Assembly (NCBI GenBank): GCA_028711765.1 | Contig: JAQTRP010000002.1 | Location: 1-47,601 of the forward strand | DNA from: Candidatus Omnitrophota bacterium | GTDB lineage: Bacteria; Omnitrophota; Omnitrophia; Omnitrophales; JAQTRP01 | Reading direction: 5' to 3' | Length of the DNA: 47,601 nucleotides | Shown: piece after piece, positions 24,301-30,300 of the stretch | Numbering within the stretch: the first letter of the stretch is position 1 | Layout: each line of letters begins with the position of its first letter | The notes under the pieces: model-generated | Told to the model about the DNA's origin: nothing | Database searches by the model: none | The model's input: the letters and a program-made list of their open reading frames with translations, nothing else | Made by a program: the position numbers and the translations under genes

Positions 24301-27300
24301 TTGTACCCGATAGCCAGCCGCTTCTTCCGAGCAACATAATCCTGAACGCCACGAACAATCTTTTTTAAATCTACTCCCTTTTCCGATTCTTCCTTCTCGT
24401 GCCACTTATCTACCGAGATTACCAACGTAACATTATCGGGCAGTTTGTCCAAGAAACCATCAAGTTTGCTTTGGTCTTCGGGAAAACAATAAGCGTTGGT
24501 GTCTATGTGAACTTTTTTAACGTGCCGCGAGGCAAAGTTAATTAAGTCATAAAATTCCGGTACAGGTTCTCGTGTCTCAAAATCTCTCTTATAGTAGTAA
24601 AAGGGCTCTCCTCCCGTAAAATATATGCTGGGATAACCGTCCATCTCCTCAAGCACCCTTTTTAGAATTTCAAGTGGTATATCCGCTTCGGGTGCAGCAC
24701 GCCTAACATCCTCGATGCAACACATGGGGCAATTGAGCGGACATTTGTGCGTAATCATTATGTTGATATTTGGGTCAAAAAGCGGAGATAAGGCTTTAAT
24801 AAGGCTTGCTACATTTACCGCTTTTTCAGCCACAACCTTGGCGGCAGGCTTGCCCCTTCCAACCAATGCTTTTGCAACGGTCTCATAGGAGCAACCGTCG
24901 CTCTTACTGCATAACAAATCGATGAGCGCCTTTGTCGAACGTGGATCATCAATACCGCATAACGCCCTAGCGGCAAACAAGCATTTAACATAATCGCCGT
25001 TTTCCAAAAGGTCGATGAGCGGTTCTGCGGCGGAAGGGTCCCCGATTTCACCTAGAGCGATGGCCGCACTCACCGTTTTATTCGATGGTTCGCCTCTCAG
25101 CGCTTGAATCAGGGGCCGAACGGCAGCACGTTTAAATTCAACGATAGCATCAATAAAACAGGAATGATCGCTTGAACGACGATACTCGGGCTCCTTCAAG
25201 TTCTCTTCATAGTAATTGTCACTTTCCAGACAAGCAATAAGAGGTCCTATCGCAGAAGGATCGCGGATCTCGCCAAGAATGTTAGCCGCGTTAGCTTGCA
25301 CATTTTTCGAGTTATTGTTTAGCTCTTTGATTAGAACCGGCACAGAGGAAGGACCGATCTCCTTAAAGACATCGACTAAGTTATCAACCTTTTGAAACCG
25401 CCCGTAACTACTACACCAACCACTATGTTTAGACGTCCTATAACAATCCCACTCATAATAAGGGGCTTTCTCCAGACAACGCAACGCGTAAGGAAGCGCC
25501 CTCTCTCTGCCTATCCTCGCTAAAGACAATACGGTCCTTTCACGTGGAAATTCTCGATCCATCCGCTCTAATCCTCCATCGGCTATATACTCAAAAGCGG
25601 GCTCATAACGCAAACTTTCCAAGGCCTCAAGGACTGCTAAAACCACATTGCGATCCCCGCCGCTTTTCAACGCCTTGAAAAGCGGCCCTCCTGCCGAGAG
25701 ATCGCCGATCTTGCCTAAAGTTTCTGCGGCGCGCTCTCGCAGTAAAGGATTAAACCAGCCTCGATAACCCCTCAGGCATTTCGAAAGAAACCGAACGGCA
25801 GGCTTTTCCATTTCTACCAAAGCGCGTGAGGCAGCATCGGCAATGTGTGAATCTTCGCTCTTTAACGCCTCGACCAACTCTGAAAACGAACATTCGGACA
25901 TCTTGGAAGCCAGCTCATCAGCTAAAGCAGCTGCCGCTCCCGCGCTATTTTCCTCCCCCAGCGACGAGCCGGTAGTCCGGTTAGCCGGTAAGCCTGTGAG
26001 CGAGTCAGCCAGTGCACCGTTAGGTCCTGAGATTGCCACGGCTGCTTCTGGCAGCCTCGCAATGACACCGCTAACTATGAACTGTGAACTATGAACTATG
26101 AACTGCGGCTCCGCCGCACGGCCCAGCGACGCGCCGGTAGTCCGGTTAGCCGGTAAGCCTGTGAACGAGTCAGCCAGTGCACCGTTAGGCCCTGAGATTG
26201 CCACGGCTGCTTCTGGCAGCCTCGCAATGACACCGCTAACTATGAACTGTGAACTATGAACTATGAACTGCGGCTCCGCCGCACGGCCCAGCGATGCGCC
26301 GCTTCCGCCTACGGCGGGCTCTTCACTAAAAAGGCGGGCGAGGAGAGTGTGAGAGTCGGGAACGCATGCCTTGCAAAAATGATTGGCCAACCGTTCGAAC
26401 AAACTGCCGTAGCCTTGAACCTCGGCAAGCCTTTTTAATACCGCTGAAATATTGAGTCTAACGCTCGTAGTCTGTAAACTTTTGCATGTGTCTTCGAACC
26501 CTTTCTCGAAAGCCGACGCGATTTCTAATCTTGTCCCCTCAGTACCCCTTTCCCACGATTTCATCTTGCGCAGCCTGTCAAGATAGCGCCTCGAAAATCC
26601 GTGAATAAAATCAACCAGCCAGGATTTATAACTAAACTGGTTGGATGTATCGTAGAGCGTATCGATAATGTCGAGGCCGTTGAGATTAAAAAAGATAACC
26701 TTGCCCGTTTTCGCGTCAACAAATACCGTTTCCGGTTTGGACTCAAGAATTGAAGCATTGGGAAGGAACCAACCGCTTAGACGGGCAAGCCTTCCCAAAT
26801 CGCGCGCAAAGTTAAGCGCGGCTTCACCGGAAAGTTCGCGATCCAAGCGTTCGTCACTAAGGGCATACGCATCGAGCTTTTCGCGAACGACAAAACGGCC
26901 GCGGCGGGCAATATCGCAGACCGGAAGACCAAGCTGCTTTAATATCCGGCTGGTAAGCGTGCGCTTTCTTTCTTCGCGTCCTGTGTAAAAGCTTTGCTTT
27001 TCTATCGCTATAGGCAGCGTTTTTCCATCTTCGAAAACTAGATCATAAAAATATGAAATCGGCATCTTGTCTTCGGAGTCTACGAGCTTCTCGAAACTAT
27101 CGCCGAGATAATCTTTTATAAGCTTCGCTAATTTGTAATGTTGAAAGTAATCGCGGCTTAAGACCCAGCTTAGGCGGGAAAGGAGGCGTTTCGCTTTGCG
27201 GGAGCGGGAGTGAAATAAATTATCAACCGGCATAGCAATCTTCTTTGTAAACCAATGCCGAATGCACCTTGAGCGATAAGCCCAGCTATCGGGAAACCAC

Positions 27301-30300
27301 CGCTCGAGCCCCACGCTGCCTCTTTCATCTCCGAGGCTGCGCCCTGAGCCTGTCGAAGGGCTTGCCCCGTCGATAGATTTTCCGAAGGTTTTATCTACGG
27401 GGCTTGCCTCACCAGCGGGCTTTACATAAACCGAGTAACCAGATATGCCTTCGCTAATTTTCGTAAGTCTTGGAAACTCCCGATTGCCCAACAAAACAAA
27501 CTTAGCGCCTACCTTAAGCTCGCGGAGAAGTTTATCCTCAAGTTTTGTGGCAAAATCCTCTGCCTGTCCCTTAGGGGCAGCGAAATAGGAGAATATAATA
27601 TCGTAATCTCCGTAATCGACCATCTCAAGAAAATCTCCGTGTTGAAAATCAATCTTTTTGGTATCTACGACGCCGTGAATCATATCGTGATTTAGTTGCG
27701 CCCATTTACTTGCGTTAAAAAGCTCATCATCTAATTCCCGACCCGTTACATGACCCGCCCACAAGGAGAAAATCATAGCAGTTTGACCATTGCCATGGCC
27801 TAAATCTAACACCCGCGTATTTCCATCAATCTCAAGTTCATCTTTAATATCAAGAATGCTTCTTATGCGCGACATTTCGAATTTGCTGCCATTCACTGTT
27901 CTTTTACTAAGACTATAACCGGCCTTAGCATACGAACCTCTAAAGAATTGCCTGATGGCTTCGACTTTCCTCTCTTCTTCTGTGCCCCCTGCCGGTGTAA
28001 GCAATGAGCAATACTTTTTAACAAAATTTTCGATCATTCCGTTATCCATGCTTTCATTAAAACGAGGAATACTTTTTCGGGCCTCGATTATCACCTCTAT
28101 TCTGCCCAGCAAAGCCTTGTTACATTCTAAGGCCTTGATTAATATCTTTTGTTTCTCCTCAACGGAGGATAGTCTCTCTACGGCATCCCTTAGCTGCAGG
28201 CGCAAGAGTTCAAATTTGTCCAGCCAAGCGTCTAATCCCTTAAACCATTCTCTAAATGTTTTGCTGGTGTACTTAATATCATAAAATTGACTGCAAAGCC
28301 CCCTGAGGGCTCTTGCCAGATCACGAAGGTTTATCTTCAACGCTTCATCTTTCAGTTCCGTCCTTAATCCTTCATTAACAACCCTTTTGTCGAAAAACAC
28401 ACACCAAAATATCTTGTCCATTGCATCGCTAGCCACGTTCATTTTCTCAACAATACCGTTTACTTCACAAATATCATTCGCTAAAAGTTCTACGGCAGCT
28501 TCCGGATCAAACAAACTCGTCTCGCCGAGCGACGAGCCTGAGGGTTTGAGTTTGGCTAATTTGCCCACTGTATCGACTCCGCTAAAATCGGCAAGCCCTT
28601 TAAGCAAATCGGTGCCTTCGACTCGAAGCGGGGCACCTTCATAAATACCGGAATCTATCAACGTGCCTGCCAAAGTAACAAGATCATCAAGCACCTTTCG
28701 CTTCAAGTCGGGTGCGCTCTGCTCATTCAACGAGAGAGGAAGGGCAAGCACAAGTCCCCTTTCCTTCGGCTCTGACGAGTCGTCAAGTCTCCCACGGATG
28801 AAATCAGGATGCCTGTTCTTATATCGAGGCACATACATTGTTTTATGATCATCCCACATAAACTTTCCGGTATTTCGCCCTTCAGCCACAGCCACGCAGA
28901 ATCTATCCTCGACCGGCAGAACAACAAAATCGGCCCTATGCCATTTGCTACTCCTCGCGACGCCGTATATTTCCAAAATAAGTTCTCTGCCAGACCATGG
29001 CGTCATACTCGCACGATATCCGAAATCGCCGGACGAGCACTGCGCAGCACTTCCGCTTCCTGAAGCAAGCTTGCTTATATCAAATATGCGCCTGAGGGGC
29101 TCCACAGTCGGTGCCTTGCTTATTTCAGAAAGGGCTCTTCTCCTAATTCGCTTCTCAGCCGGTTGCTCATTTTGGGGGATTTTTTCTTTAATCACTTTAA
29201 CCGATTCAGCCGGTAAAGCGCCGGCGGCCACATCCTGCGGTTTGTCTTCTCCGGTTCTTGGCAACAATTTCTTGGGGGTAAGCGTTTTCTTCCCGCCGAT
29301 AATTTCACGCGTAACAGTGTCTGTTCTGCCGGCCTGAACCGGCTTGGAAGGGTCGGCTGTGTTCGATTTGTCTTCGCCGGTTTGAATGCCTAGTTTCTGT
29401 CCGAGTCTCGTCTCAAGATCCTCGAAAGTCCTGGAAAGATCTGAGATGCATTTCTCCTTTGCTCCTCTATCCTCAGTCATAGCCAAAGGAGCCAACCTTC
29501 TAAGAGTTGGGATAAGCTGTGCTCTTATTCCCTCTACAATAGCGAGCGCTTTTCTACGATCTTCTTCCCCTCCAGAATCACATTTACACGAGCACTCATC
29601 AGCGATACCGATAAGCGCATCCCTTAGGTGGCGATAATCCCACATCGTGTCTTCCGATTTACCCAAGCTAGATCCCATTACGCCGGCGCCGACAGAGGCA
29701 AGCCGCGAAAGCTCCGCGTTTATCACAATATCCACCGGCAGGCCGTCGCAGACATGTGCCTCGGGCGACATAGTCTCTTTCGCTACGCTAAAGTCGTTTT
29801 GGATGCGCTTGGCGTAAAGCTTATCTCCTAATTCAAAGTTATCCGCGGCGGGAGAAATGACGAGGTAGGATATATTCCCTTCTTTCAGGACGCTCTTAAC
29901 TGCTTCGGTGTGAAAACCGCCGGTGAGAAGGAATGACTGGGGATTGTCTTTTAGGAAAGCGATGAAATTCCGCGCTATGACCTTATCGCGCATTCCGGCG
30001 AAGCGATAAAAGCGAAGGGCGGATTTAAGATGACGGTGTAAGGCGGCCCCGTTGGAAATATGCACACGTCGCAACATATTGGTTTTAATATCGCCAATTT
30101 GTTTCTGCGAAAACGATTTCTTTGCATATGCTGCTTGATTTCCAACGGGGTGAAACGTGGCCTCGCGATATACCTTTAAATCCTTGCGGGTGGCTTCGCA
30201 CCTTAGGATGCGCCGTATCACCCGGAAAGATTTAAGCTCATCGATAAACTGTTTCTCGTCCTCGGTCTTCGCGAGGCGGGATTCTATTTGTGAAGCGAGC

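Noticed and set aside
25956-26300. CRISPR array or other non-coding repeat array at the repeated spacer regions
   Set aside because: There is no constant repeat alternating with unique spacers. The units are in frame, in multiples of three, and translated within the giant ORF. I saw no cas genes in the window.
8164-28927. Short minus-strand ORFs as genes (for example 8164-8397, 13085-13483, 18643-18879, 24166-24405)
   Set aside because: All are in the two other minus frames (end coordinate = 0 or 1 mod 3) and fully overlap the giant frame. Their sequences are Arg/Ser-rich off-frame products.
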